Shown here one piece after another: positions 16,737 to 26,477 of a stretch of DNA of 31,029 bases. The stretch comes from Candidatus Heimdallarchaeota archaeon. GTDB lineage: Archaea > Asgardarchaeota > Heimdallarchaeia > Heimdallarchaeales > Heimdallarchaeaceae. Position 1 is the first letter of the stretch, and every line of letters starts with the position of its first letter. The stretch spans positions 1-31,029 of the forward strand of contig DAOVET010000028.1 in the NCBI GenBank assembly GCA_030668825.1, in the 5' to 3' direction. Position numbers and translations under genes: made by a program. The notes beneath the pieces were generated by a model, which was given only the letters and a program-made list of their open reading frames with translations, had not been told where the DNA came from and ran no database searches.

Positions 16737-17708
16737 GTGAATGTCCTAATAACTGGAGCTTTTGGGAATCTTGGATTAAGTACATTAAAGGAATTATTTA
16801 GTTCGAACCATACGATTACTTGTTTTGATCTGCCAAATAGACGAAATAAGAAAGTTTATCGAAAACTTTCCAAAAATCATAAGCTTTCAGTTGTTTGGGG
16901 GAATATATTAGATACTGCTAGTATCGCTTTAGCAGTTAAAAATCAAGATTGTATCATACATCTAGTCGCAATTACCCCCCCACTATCAGAAAGACTACCA
17001 GATTATGCATTCAAGGTTAATGTCCAAGGAACCAGAAACATAATTGAAGAGGTAAAAAAACAAAAATTATCTCCTAGAATCATCTACGTTAGTTCAGTTA
17101 CAGTATATGGTCCCAAACATCCTGATTCACCCCCAATAACACTAGAAACTCCAGTAAATCCAACAGATGTTTATTCCAAAACAAAAGTTGAAGTTGAGAA
17201 GGTTATTGAAACCAGCGGTTTGCCCTGGATAATCTTGAGACTTACAGCTGTTCCAGCTCTCGATTTAAAAAGCAATATTAAGCTTGAGCCTTTATATTCA
17301 ATACCTCTTGAACAAAAGATAGAATTTTTACATACTTATGATGCAGGGTTAGCGATAGCTCGATCTGTTGATATTGCTCTAGTAAACAGATATTTCATAG
17401 TTGGCGGTGGAAAGAACAATCAGTTTAGGAATAAAGAATTTATTGGTCAGTATTTCAAAATTATTGGATTAGGAAAATTCCCTGAAAATATCTCTAAAAT
17501 AGCTTTATCTGATGATGATTGGTATTATACATGCTGGATGGATACTGCTGAATCTCAAAGTATTCTAAATTACCAGAAACACTCATTTGAAGATTTTTTG
17601 AATGAGTTCAAAAGTGGAAAAAGAATTCTCATTTTCTTCATAACTCTGTTTCGTCCACTTATTAAAACAGTAATAAAAAAGAAATCACCATATTCTAAGA
17701 AAAGTTAA
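16737..17708 (+). CDS. NAD-dependent epimerase/dehydratase (extended SDR)
   Basis: VLITGAFGNLG, IIHLVA, VNVQGT, YVSSVTVYG and catalytic YSKTK; GTG 16737 is the likely start (ORF track gives 16716). Confidence 0.9.
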   Translation: MNVLITGAFGNLGLSTLKELFSSNHTITCFDLPNRRNKKVYRKLSKNHKLSVVWGNILDTASIALAVKNQDCIIHLVAITPPLSERLPDYAFKVNVQGTRNIIEEVKKQKLSPRIIYVSSVTVYGPKHPDSPPITLETPVNPTDVYSKTKVEVEKVIETSGLPWIILRLTAVPALDLKSNIKLEPLYSIPLEQKIEFLHTYDAGLAIARSVDIALVNRYFIVGGGKNNQFRNKEFIGQYFKIIGLGKFPENISKIALSDDDWYYTCWMDTAESQSILNYQKHSFEDFLNEFKSGKRILIFFITLFRPLIKTVIKKKSPYSKKS

Positions 17709-17781
17709 GCTTTCCAAAAATGAATTTACTTGAAGAATAATTTAATAATGTAGAAGCTAATTGTCATTTGGAATCATCATT

Positions 17782-19575
17782 ATGTTCAGGCATAAATCAA
17801 GAAATCTAAAATTTGGTTTGGTATTTTGCTTCGTTATTACTCTATCATTTATTAATATTAACAACCACAAAATGATTCTAGCTAGTGATTCCACTTATGA
17901 TATAAGATTAGATTTAATTGACAGATCTAATTGGTTTTGGACAGATTTAGATTTAATCTCATCTGAAAGCAATGACCTTTCCTATGAACCTCAAGTCTTT
18001 GTAGATATTCAAGGAAATATCCATACTTTATGGGAAGATAGATCAGACTATCTTAGTTGTGGTTTGGATGTAGATATTTTTTACAAGTGGTATAACATAG
18101 TAACTAAAACATGGTCAGCTACTGAGGTAGTCTCAACAGAAAGCATAGATGATTCAGTACAACCTGATATTGTAGTTGATACTGGGGGAAATGTTCATAC
18201 CATCTGGAAAGATATCTCTAACTATGATGGTTCAGGGTTAGATGATGATGTTTTCTACAAAAGAAAAGATGCTAACACTGGGAGCTGGACATCTACTCTA
18301 GTACTTTCGTATTTCAGTGATTCAATTTCATTAGGTCCTTCAATTTGTATAGATTCAGAAGACAATGTTCATTCAGTTTGGTTTGATTTTACCAATTATC
18401 AAGGTTCAGGAATTGATGGTGATTTATTCTATTCGGTATTAGACTCTGAAACATTTCAGTGGTCTTCTATTGATGTAATTTCTACAGAGAGTACTGCTGA
18501 CTCTTTTTATCCGCACATAACTGCTGATTCAGAGGATAATATTCACGTTTCTTGGGGGGATTATACTGATTACTTGGGGACAGGAAGTGATGCTGATATC
18601 TTCTATAAAAGATGGATAAAATCTGTCAATTATTGGACGACTACAGAAGTAATCTCTGCTCACTCTTTAAACATAGATCCTTCAATTGATGCAGTTGTAG
18701 AAGTTGCTGATGATGGGACAGTTTATGTTTCTTGGCAAGACTATTCTGGTTTTTATGGCGTTGGAACGGATCCAGATATCTGTTTGAATGTTTGGGATCC
18801 TATCTTAGGTGAATGGAGTGGAGCTTATATTGTCTCTATGTACAGTTCTGATTATTCATATGATCCTAGTCTTTATGTTGATTATTCAGGAGAGCTACAC
18901 TGTGTATGGATGGATTCGAGTGATTATGCTGGGAGCGATACTGATTTTGATATTTGGTATAGTTCATTTGACCCAATATCTAAATCTTTGAGTACCCCTG
19001 AGGTTCTTACTGACAATATTGATACTTCTTCCGTTCCAAACATAGTTTCTGATAATAAAGGATTTCTATACTTAGTTTTTTCTGATAGTTCTTATGTAGA
19101 TTCTGGAACTGATACTGATGCATATCTTATGAGATATGTTTCATTACCTACTGCTCCAAATTTAGAAGAAATTCAACCAGATCCATCAGAGACTAGTTCA
19201 TTGATTTTAGAATGGAATAATGTTAGAACTGCTTCTGATTATATAATTTGCAGATATAAAGGAGATTTAGTGTCCCCCTCTGATTTAATCGCATACGATC
19301 AAGTTTCACTAAACAGCTTTACTGATACAATAGAAGAAAGTGGAACATATTATTATGCTATCAAATCAATAAATGAATTTGGCGAGAGTAATTTGTCTAA
19401 TATTGTCAATATTGAAGTAAATGTTGAAAAAACAGGCTCTTTCTTAAAATCCCTTGATATAATCGATTTTGGTATTCTAGCTGCTCTAATCATAGGTGTT
19501 CAGATTATATTTACTACAGCTCTATATTTTTCATTAAAAGGAAAATTCACTACCAAGAAGAGAAAGAAGAAATAA
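17782..19575 (+). CDS. Membrane-anchored beta-propeller (7 repeats) + FN3-like + TM surface protein; paralogue of 1..1767
   Basis: Same repeat (GNIH..W.D..DY.GSG.D.DIFYK), SNWFWT leader, GTYYYAIKSINEFGESNLSN, TM ILAALIIGVQIIFT and KKRKKK tail; ATG 17782 preferred over TTG 17761. Confidence 0.87.
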   Translation: MFRHKSRNLKFGLVFCFVITLSFININNHKMILASDSTYDIRLDLIDRSNWFWTDLDLISSESNDLSYEPQVFVDIQGNIHTLWEDRSDYLSCGLDVDIFYKWYNIVTKTWSATEVVSTESIDDSVQPDIVVDTGGNVHTIWKDISNYDGSGLDDDVFYKRKDANTGSWTSTLVLSYFSDSISLGPSICIDSEDNVHSVWFDFTNYQGSGIDGDLFYSVLDSETFQWSSIDVISTESTADSFYPHITADSEDNIHVSWGDYTDYLGTGSDADIFYKRWIKSVNYWTTTEVISAHSLNIDPSIDAVVEVADDGTVYVSWQDYSGFYGVGTDPDICLNVWDPILGEWSGAYIVSMYSSDYSYDPSLYVDYSGELHCVWMDSSDYAGSDTDFDIWYSSFDPISKSLSTPEVLTDNIDTSSVPNIVSDNKGFLYLVFSDSSYVDSGTDTDAYLMRYVSLPTAPNLEEIQPDPSETSSLILEWNNVRTASDYIICRYKGDLVSPSDLIAYDQVSLNSFTDTIEESGTYYYAIKSINEFGESNLSNIVNIEVNVEKTGSFLKSLDIIDFGILAALIIGVQIIFTTALYFSLKGKFTTKKRKKK

Positions 19576-19625
19576 TTTCTCTTTTTTCAGATAAACTAAT
19601 ATTCTAGAAATCTGAATCTATTTAG

Positions 19626-20474
19626 ATGGCAGAAATTTCAAAGAAATTTGAGTTTTTAGAAGAAATTAAAGATTGGTTTCTAGAGAATAACATGGACGAA
19701 TCAGTAAAAGCTATCTTATTGGTTGGTTCATGGGCAGAGAACAGAGCTAAAGAGTTAAGCGACATTGATCTCGTTGTCATTAAAGAAGATCAAACTCCTT
19801 TCATACAAAACCAAAAAATTCCATATAATGACCAAATTATTGATGTTTGGTTCCACGATGAGAATTATATGAAGAGTACAGTCAATAAACAAATAGAAAA
19901 TCTTGGAGATATCTATCAGGTTTCATTATATCTATCATTTGCTAGAAACTGTAAAATTTGGTATGAAAAAGAAGGCTTTGTCCAACATCACCTTCACATA
20001 TGTAAAGATTGGAAATGGCAATCTGAGCATCGTATTTTCATTAAAATGATGGGAGAACCTCCTAATTCAGGTTGGGCTAAGAAAGCTTATGATGAGAATC
20101 TGAAACTTCTGACTCTTTATGAAAATAGATTCGATAATGGTCAAGCTGTTACTCACAGACTAAAAGATTATGCTGAAATGTATATCGAGGTTGGAGAAGA
20201 GAAATTATTTGATTTGTATAAGAAAGTAATCTCGCTTTATAGTCACATTAAATCTGAGAGAGAGTGGACAGAAGTTTCAGATGCCAGAAAGGCAATCCAA
20301 GAAAAGAATTGGTCTCTGGCTTTCCTTTCTTTAAAAGATGTTATCTATTTTCTGCTTAAAAGATATATATCTCCACCTTCTATGGAATTGAGAGATCCAG
20401 GATTTTGGAAATTAGCAGAGGAAAGAATCCTTCCGCAAGAATACATTACTGCCTTAGAATTAGCTTATCTTTAG
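19626..20474 (+). CDS. DNA polymerase-beta superfamily nucleotidyltransferase (MNT/KNTase-like) with a helical C-terminal domain
   Basis: ILLVGSWA......SDIDLVVI (hG[GS]x9-13DhD) plus a third acidic residue in IIDVWF. Confidence 0.8.
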   Translation: MAEISKKFEFLEEIKDWFLENNMDESVKAILLVGSWAENRAKELSDIDLVVIKEDQTPFIQNQKIPYNDQIIDVWFHDENYMKSTVNKQIENLGDIYQVSLYLSFARNCKIWYEKEGFVQHHLHICKDWKWQSEHRIFIKMMGEPPNSGWAKKAYDENLKLLTLYENRFDNGQAVTHRLKDYAEMYIEVGEEKLFDLYKKVISLYSHIKSEREWTEVSDARKAIQEKNWSLAFLSLKDVIYFLLKRYISPPSMELRDPGFWKLAEERILPQEYITALELAYL

Positions 20475-20481
20475 GTCTACA

Positions 20482-20934
20482 CTACCTAATTAAATGTTTG
20501 AATTTTTTCTGAAATTCAAGTATTATTTGTTCCAGCTTTTCAATGAATTCTTCAGTCTGAAAATAAATTGCTTTGTTTAAATACCCCTCTAATTCCTCCC
20601 ACTGTACAATTTCGTAAACTAATCTCAAAAATCTCTTCGCACTTGAAGATCGTACTCTAGGGTACATTCCAACTACAAGAATAAAATCCTCCTTAGTTCT
20701 GAAATAATAATTACTATCTTCCATTTGTATGGAGTAAAGCTCCGAGCCTAGTTCTCTAGAGAATGCTATCATTGCTGCACTAAATCCAGAAAACAACAAC
20801 TCATCCATTACTTCATTAATATATGCTCTATGAAATACAGCTAGACCACTTAAGTCGACAATTGTAAAACGTAATAGGGGTGGTTTTGAAGGGATATCTG
20901 GCTGGTCTCTTATTGTGGAAGATTTAGCATTCAT
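20482..20934 (-). CDS. Stand-alone longin/roadblock-like domain protein
   Basis: FTIVDLSGLAVFHR...DELLFSGFSAAMIAFSRELGSELYSIQME aligns with the C-terminal domain of 8130..10019. ATG 20934 follows aaaggt (ORF track start 20958). Confidence 0.72.
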   Translation of the reverse strand: MNAKSSTIRDQPDIPSKPPLLRFTIVDLSGLAVFHRAYINEVMDELLFSGFSAAMIAFSRELGSELYSIQMEDSNYYFRTKEDFILVVGMYPRVRSSSAKRFLRLVYEIVQWEELEGYLNKAIYFQTEEFIEKLEQIILEFQKKFKHLIR

Positions 20935-21101
20935 ATGAGTACCTTTCTTGCTAATCAATTTTAAAATACTTCAGTTTGAAATAAAAATGTGTCGTATGTT
21001 CTTCAGCTATTTTATCAAAAAATCATTGAAAATAAATCGGATACTACCAGAAGTTTTGATTTTTAGAAAACACTTTTATTCTATTTTAATTGAATAATCT
21101 C

Positions 21102-21887
21102 ATGCGTGCAATTATTGTTCTTACTCATTCTGAATGTAAAAGATTAATAGCTAAAGGAATTGCTCAACTTCCCGAAGTCAAAGAAGCATTAGAAAAACAT
21201 CGTATTTTTGTTTCCAGAGGTTCAACAACAGCTTATGTTTTAGAAGAACTATCAGGAGAACCTATAGACAAACCTCATTATGTTGCTGGACAAATGACTG
21301 GGGATAAAAAGAACTTATACCGCTTTGGAGGTCTTAAAATTGACAAAAGATTGAAAGAAGTGGTCATCAATAAAGGTGTGAAAAAGGAAGTAGATAATTT
21401 TCAAGAAGCTCTTTTAGAATTCGAACCTGGTGACATAATTTTCAAAGGTGGAAATACTTTAGGAAGTGATGGGATAGCTGGAGTTTATCTAGCTCACCCT
21501 GCTGGAGGAACAATTGGAGGAATACTTCCAATAGCTATAGCTAGAGGGATAGAGATTATCGTTCCTATTAGTCTTTCAAGAAGTGTAGATGATAGTGTTT
21601 GGGAATTGTCCCAGATACTTGGAAATCAAACAATAGATAAAGAATATGCGATGGGATTACCCATAGGTCTTATGCCTATTCCTGGAGAAGTATTTACAGA
21701 GTTGGAAGCTTTTGATGTTCTTCACCCAGAAGTGAATGTTTTTCACATTGGATCAAGTGGAGTTGGGTCTGCTGAGGGGTCTTTACATTTTCTATTTATA
21801 GGTGAAGAAGATAAGGTCAAAGCTGCTTACGAAGATATGGTAAAGATTGCTAAATCCGAAACAAAATATGTTCCTGATACTAACTAA
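21102..21887 (+). CDS. Conserved hypothetical alpha/beta protein (LTxSExKRLIAK N-terminus; possibly NagB/RpiA/CoA-transferase-like fold)
   Basis: LTHSECKRLIAKG, RGSTTAYV, FKGGN, GGTIG, IIVPISL look like conserved enzyme motifs; function not assignable. Confidence 0.65.
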   Translation: MRAIIVLTHSECKRLIAKGIAQLPEVKEALEKHRIFVSRGSTTAYVLEELSGEPIDKPHYVAGQMTGDKKNLYRFGGLKIDKRLKEVVINKGVKKEVDNFQEALLEFEPGDIIFKGGNTLGSDGIAGVYLAHPAGGTIGGILPIAIARGIEIIVPISLSRSVDDSVWELSQILGNQTIDKEYAMGLPIGLMPIPGEVFTELEAFDVLHPEVNVFHIGSSGVGSAEGSLHFLFIGEEDKVKAAYEDMVKIAKSETKYVPDTN

Positions 21888-21900
21888 ACTAATTCAAAAT

Positions 21901-21920
21901 CCCTTTTTTCTTTCTTTTTC
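21901..21920 (+). terminator. Oligo-T tract terminator
   Basis: cccttttttctttctttttc 13 nt after the stop at 21887. Confidence 0.5.
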
Positions 21921-22153
21921 ATATAAGTAATAATTTTTGTAAGATAATAGGGTATAAAAGGAAAATCCCGACAAGTGTAATTTAGACTAGTTTTACTTCT
22001 ATTTATCTGAAATACATTTCCATTTTTATTGTTTCATCAAATAGTTTTAAAATGCTAGAATGCCCTTTTTAACTCTTTCTAATGAAAAATTCAATGTTGC
22101 TAGTGACTTTTTATAAGATTTTTTGTTTACTTATATTAATAACAAATTAAATA

Positions 22154-24262
22154 ATGGTGCTCAAGATAACTCAAGTTAATGGGTATACTGGTAAAATTTT
22201 GTGGGTTGATTTATCTTCTAAGGATATTCAAGAAGAATTCCCTGATGAGAAAATTTATCGCAGCTTCTTAGGTGGATATGGCTTAGGTGTTTATTATATA
22301 TATAATCGAATTTCTCCAGGATGCGATCCCCTAGGTCCAGAAAATATCTTGGGTTTTTGTCCAGGTCTTCTTACCGGAACCGCTGCTCCTTTCACTGGTA
22401 GATGGATGGTCTGTGGTAAAAGTCCTTTAACTGGAAAAGGAATTACAGCAGATGGAGGATTCTGTAATGGGGGTTGGGGTGATAGCAACTCGGGAGGTTA
22501 CTTTGGAGCAGCTATTAAACGTGCAGGATATGATGCTATTTTTGTTACAGGAACTTCAGATAAGCCTGTATATCTTTACATCAATGAGAATTCCTTTGAG
22601 TTAAGAGATGCTTCTGATATCTGGGGTGAAGATGCTTTTGAAACAGAGGATTTGCTCAAAGAAAAACACGGAAAAAATGTAAATGTTGCAACCATTGGTG
22701 TTGCTGCTGAGAATAAGTCACTCATTGCAGGGATTGTTAATGATTATGGTCGTATTGCTGCAAGAAGTGGTCTTGGAGCAGTTATGGGGGCGAAGAAGCT
22801 TAAAGCTGTTTGTTTAGACGGAAAAACAAGACTTACTGTAGCAGATAAAGAAACAACACTATTTCTTTCCCAGAATTACAGAAAGAATATTACGAAAATG
22901 TTAAGTAATAAATTAATAGGTAAAATGCTTCAACTCGCTCCAAAATTTGGATCAATTATGCGAATTATGAAAATGAGTTTTGGTAAAAGTGTCCAAATGG
23001 TTATGAAGATTCCAGGTCTGAAAGCAGAAGCTTTGGTTGCTAACTACTTACATAGATTTGGAACAGGTTTTACTCTCCCCATTTCTGTTCCTGTTGGTGA
23101 TGCTTCAGTTAAAAATTTCAATGGTACAGGACCAGAAGACTATCCCCAAAGAATAGCCTTGAAGAAAGTAGGAAACACACTTGCTTCAATTGAAACTGTC
23201 TCATATGGTTGTTATGGCTGTCCTTTGAGATGTGGTAGAAAAATTACTATACCTGAATTAGGGATAAAAGATTCTCACATGCCTGAATATGAAACACTTG
23301 CTTCACTGAGTAGTAACATATTGAATGAAGATCCAATGATGATGATTAGGGTCAATGAATACTTGAATCGTCAAGGGATGGATTCTATTTCTACCGGAGT
23401 TATTCTAAGTTTTGTTCTTGAATGTGTTGAAAAAGGTCTTCTAACTAAAGAAGATTTCAAATCGGAGAAATTCCCAGAAGGTTTTCTTCCCCAATGGTAT
23501 GAGACAGATTATATCTTCCCTCTCTTAGAGATGATGGTTAATCGAGAAGGAATAGGCAATATTCTTGCTGATGGTACTTGGGTTGCTTCCAACAAGATAG
23601 CTGGTTCTAAGAATTACGCTATGAATGCTAATGGTCAAGAAATTCCAATGCATGATCCCAGATATATCAAATGGTTTGGTGCAACATATGTTTCAGATCC
23701 TACTCCTGGAAGACATACTGCTGGAGGAATTGATACTTTAATGTTACATCCAATAGCTCGTTTTACTAAGGAATATGATTTCAAAATTGATAAAAAACTA
23801 GAGAAAACAGCAAAAAATCATGTATTAGCCGTTCAGTTCGCTCAAAGTATTAATGCTCTAGGACTATGTTCTTTCTCACTAGCTTGTGGGAGTTACCCTC
23901 TCTTTGAACTCATACAAAGTGTGTTTGGGTGGAATGTTACACCAGATGAATTCTTGACTATAGGGCAGAGAATACAGACCTTACGTCAGATGTTTAATGC
24001 TCGAGAAGGTGCGATAAGACATAAAATACCCAAAAGACTTATTGGTGATCCACCTCTGAAGAAAGGACCCTTAAAGGGCGTTTCATTACCCATTGAAGAA
24101 ATGATTCAAGGGTACTACAAAAATATTGGATTCAGAGAAGATGGGGTTCCTAAAGAAGAAACGTTGAAACTTCTTGATTTGGATTATTGTATCCAAGATC
24201 TAGACAATAGTCAGGGTCGTCCCCAGATCCTTGTAAATGAACATCTTAAAGCCAAAAGCTGA
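22154..24262 (+). CDS. aor: Aldehyde:ferredoxin oxidoreductase family (tungstopterin, 4Fe-4S)
   Basis: GYTGKILWVDLS, KSPLTG, DSNSGG, ARSGLGAVMGAKKLKA, CYGCPLRC, PEYET, MDSIS, NREGIGNILADG, HDPR, LGLC. Confidence 0.93.
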   Translation: MVLKITQVNGYTGKILWVDLSSKDIQEEFPDEKIYRSFLGGYGLGVYYIYNRISPGCDPLGPENILGFCPGLLTGTAAPFTGRWMVCGKSPLTGKGITADGGFCNGGWGDSNSGGYFGAAIKRAGYDAIFVTGTSDKPVYLYINENSFELRDASDIWGEDAFETEDLLKEKHGKNVNVATIGVAAENKSLIAGIVNDYGRIAARSGLGAVMGAKKLKAVCLDGKTRLTVADKETTLFLSQNYRKNITKMLSNKLIGKMLQLAPKFGSIMRIMKMSFGKSVQMVMKIPGLKAEALVANYLHRFGTGFTLPISVPVGDASVKNFNGTGPEDYPQRIALKKVGNTLASIETVSYGCYGCPLRCGRKITIPELGIKDSHMPEYETLASLSSNILNEDPMMMIRVNEYLNRQGMDSISTGVILSFVLECVEKGLLTKEDFKSEKFPEGFLPQWYETDYIFPLLEMMVNREGIGNILADGTWVASNKIAGSKNYAMNANGQEIPMHDPRYIKWFGATYVSDPTPGRHTAGGIDTLMLHPIARFTKEYDFKIDKKLEKTAKNHVLAVQFAQSINALGLCSFSLACGSYPLFELIQSVFGWNVTPDEFLTIGQRIQTLRQMFNAREGAIRHKIPKRLIGDPPLKKGPLKGVSLPIEEMIQGYYKNIGFREDGVPKEETLKLLDLDYCIQDLDNSQGRPQILVNEHLKAKS

Positions 24263-24331
24263 TGCTCCACAGTATGATTCTATTTTACTTTTTTTAGACG
24301 ACAAATAGTTATCTTTTTATAATACTAATAT

Positions 24332-24370
24332 TTTAGAATATTCAGAAAACTGAATATTATATATTCTAAA
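24332..24370. promoter_or_regulatory. Nested inverted repeats upstream of the ABC/PadR operon (candidate operator)
   Basis: AATATTCAG-AAAA-CTGAATATT (24337-24358), and TTTAGAATAT (24332-24341) inverted against ATATTCTAAA (24361-24370), downstream of TTTATAAT. Confidence 0.55.
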
Positions 24371-24384
24371 TATGGGTTGATTTT

Positions 24385-25701
24385 GTGAAAATACTCAAAT
24401 TAACAGGATTCGCGTTCAAAAACGCGTTTAGAAGAAAAATAGTAGCAGCTTTAGCAATAACAGGTATAGCTGTTGCGATAACAATGCAAGTAACAATTAA
24501 TTCGTTTATTGCAGGAATGGACGAAACTTTTAACGATATTTTTTCAGAATTGGTAGGAACATTTCAAATTCAAGAAAGTAATGCTCCAGCATCATTTGCT
24601 TCTCAACTTCCAAGCAATATGACAGAAACAATTATGGATTTTAATAGAAGTGAAGAAATTATAGCGGTAGCTTCAGAACAAACTTTACCATCTACCGTCA
24701 ACAATTATACAACGATTTTAGGTAAAACGCTTTTTGGAACGCCCATGGGTATAAATGTTAGAGGAATTGAGGATTTAGAACTATTTATGGAAGTATATTC
24801 TGAACTTGATGAACTAACAGAAGGGTCTGAATATTTTAACGGCAGTTTGAACGAATGTATAATTCCTTATTCACTTTATGAGAACAACTCAGAAGTATTT
24901 GATATTGGAAAGACCTTTTCCATTCTTGTCAATACTAGTTATTCCTATGAAGTGGAAATAACAGGAATTACTTCAGCAGAGCTTGGTGGGATGCAGCAAT
25001 CGATTATGGTTACAGGATATGATATCTATGTTCCATTACAAGTTAGCAAGAATATCTTGACTGAAATCCTACGAAATGATACATCATCTCATTTTCTACA
25101 TTATGAAAGTAGAGGATTGGATAGTACCCTATTTTCAAACACAAGTACAAACATCGTAGCAGTTCGTACATCAATCACGAATTCAGATGATGTCGGTGAA
25201 TTTATTGATGAACTAGTTGGATATTTAGAAGAACAATATTCAGGAATGGAATTTTCCACTTTATCACTAGCATCGGCTCTTGAGACCATGGACGACCTTA
25301 TGCAAACACAAAATGTTGTTATGACTGTAGTTACAATCATTATAGTGATTTCAGGAAGTATGGGGGTTATCATTGCTCAACTTGTTGGTGTGGAATCTCG
25401 ATCTAAGGAGTTTGCAATACTTAAAGCCACAGGCTGGAAAGAAGGGCATATTATCTACTCTGTTATAGTTGAAAGCGTTATTCTAGGAGTAGTGGGTTCA
25501 ATCGTTGGCATTCTTTTAGCATTGGGTGCGATAAACGGTCTAGAAAGACTGATCCCGATGGGTGTGATGTCAGCTATTATTACACCTGGAATTATCTTTA
25601 CTGCTATAGGTATCGCAATGTCGATAGGTATTCTCGGAGGACTGTATCCAGGTATTAGAGCCAGTTCTGTTAGACCTATGGAGGTCTTGCAAGGAAGTTA
25701 G
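24385..25701 (+). CDS. ABC transporter permease, MacB/FtsX/LolE family
   Basis: AFKNAFRRK, TM1, large extracytoplasmic domain, ESRSKEFAILKATGW, three C-terminal TMs, YPGIRASSVRPMEVL. Confidence 0.92.
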   Translation: MKILKLTGFAFKNAFRRKIVAALAITGIAVAITMQVTINSFIAGMDETFNDIFSELVGTFQIQESNAPASFASQLPSNMTETIMDFNRSEEIIAVASEQTLPSTVNNYTTILGKTLFGTPMGINVRGIEDLELFMEVYSELDELTEGSEYFNGSLNECIIPYSLYENNSEVFDIGKTFSILVNTSYSYEVEITGITSAELGGMQQSIMVTGYDIYVPLQVSKNILTEILRNDTSSHFLHYESRGLDSTLFSNTSTNIVAVRTSITNSDDVGEFIDELVGYLEEQYSGMEFSTLSLASALETMDDLMQTQNVVMTVVTIIIVISGSMGVIIAQLVGVESRSKEFAILKATGWKEGHIIYSVIVESVILGVVGSIVGILLALGAINGLERLIPMGVMSAIITPGIIFTAIGIAMSIGILGGLYPGIRASSVRPMEVLQGS

Positions 25702-26469
25702 GTGATTATGATGACAAGCATAGAAGAAACGAAAACAGTTGAAATTGAAACTGGAATGAATCAGGATTTTAGTGACCTTATCATTGAGATCAAAGATTTA
25801 TGGAGAAAATTCTTTGAAGATACACCAGCAGAAGTTGAAGCATTAAAAGGAGTAAATTTTAAAGTTAATAAAGGAGAATTTATCACGATCATGGGTCCAT
25901 CGGGATCTGGTAAATCTACCTTACTTACTATACTTGGGTGCATGGCTCCTTCAACAAGTGGGCAAGTCTTCATTGATGGTACAGAGATTACTCAGATGCC
26001 TCAACGAAAATTAAGCGAACTAAGAAAGAATAAAATTGGCTTTGTTTTTCAAGATATTTTTCTCATAGATAAAATATCTGCTCTTGATAATGTTCTCTTA
26101 CCTCTTTTGCCATATGGTATTAAGAAATCAGACAGAGAACGAGCAATAGAACTTCTCAAGATTGCAGGTCTTGAAGATCGTATGCATCATAAACCAGCTG
26201 AGCTTTCAGGAGGTCAAAAACAAAGAGTAGCTATTTGTCGAGCTTTGATTAATAACCCCCCAATTGTCTTAGCTGATGAACCCACAGGTAACTTAGATTC
26301 ACAGACAGGTGGAGAAGTGTTAGAATTGCTTAGAAAGGTCAACAAGGACAAGGGTGTTACGATATTAGCTGTCTCCCATGATCCAAAACTCGCTGAATTT
26401 TCTTCTAGGGATGTAATGATAACAGATGGAGAAATTACTAGAGACAGGATTAATCCATTTAGAAACTAG
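25702..26469 (+). CDS. ABC transporter ATP-binding protein, LolD/MacB family (ATG 25708 or 25711 also possible as start)
   Basis: GPSGSGKST, IGFVFQ, LSGGQKQRVAI, LADEPTGNLD, VSHD. Confidence 0.95.
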   Translation: MIMMTSIEETKTVEIETGMNQDFSDLIIEIKDLWRKFFEDTPAEVEALKGVNFKVNKGEFITIMGPSGSGKSTLLTILGCMAPSTSGQVFIDGTEITQMPQRKLSELRKNKIGFVFQDIFLIDKISALDNVLLPLLPYGIKKSDRERAIELLKIAGLEDRMHHKPAELSGGQKQRVAICRALINNPPIVLADEPTGNLDSQTGGEVLELLRKVNKDKGVTILAVSHDPKLAEFSSRDVMITDGEITRDRINPFRN

Positions 26470-26477
26470 CATAGAAA

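Noticed and set aside
21888-22153. 265-nt spacer upstream of aor as a possible Moco/Wco riboswitch or sRNA
   Set aside because: Very AT-rich with no convincing stems visible; an Rfam/Infernal scan would be needed.
24260-24277. Closely spaced in-frame TGA codons after aor as possible selenocysteine readthrough
   Set aside because: The domain is already complete, only four codons lie between the stops, and no SECIS-like hairpin was seen.
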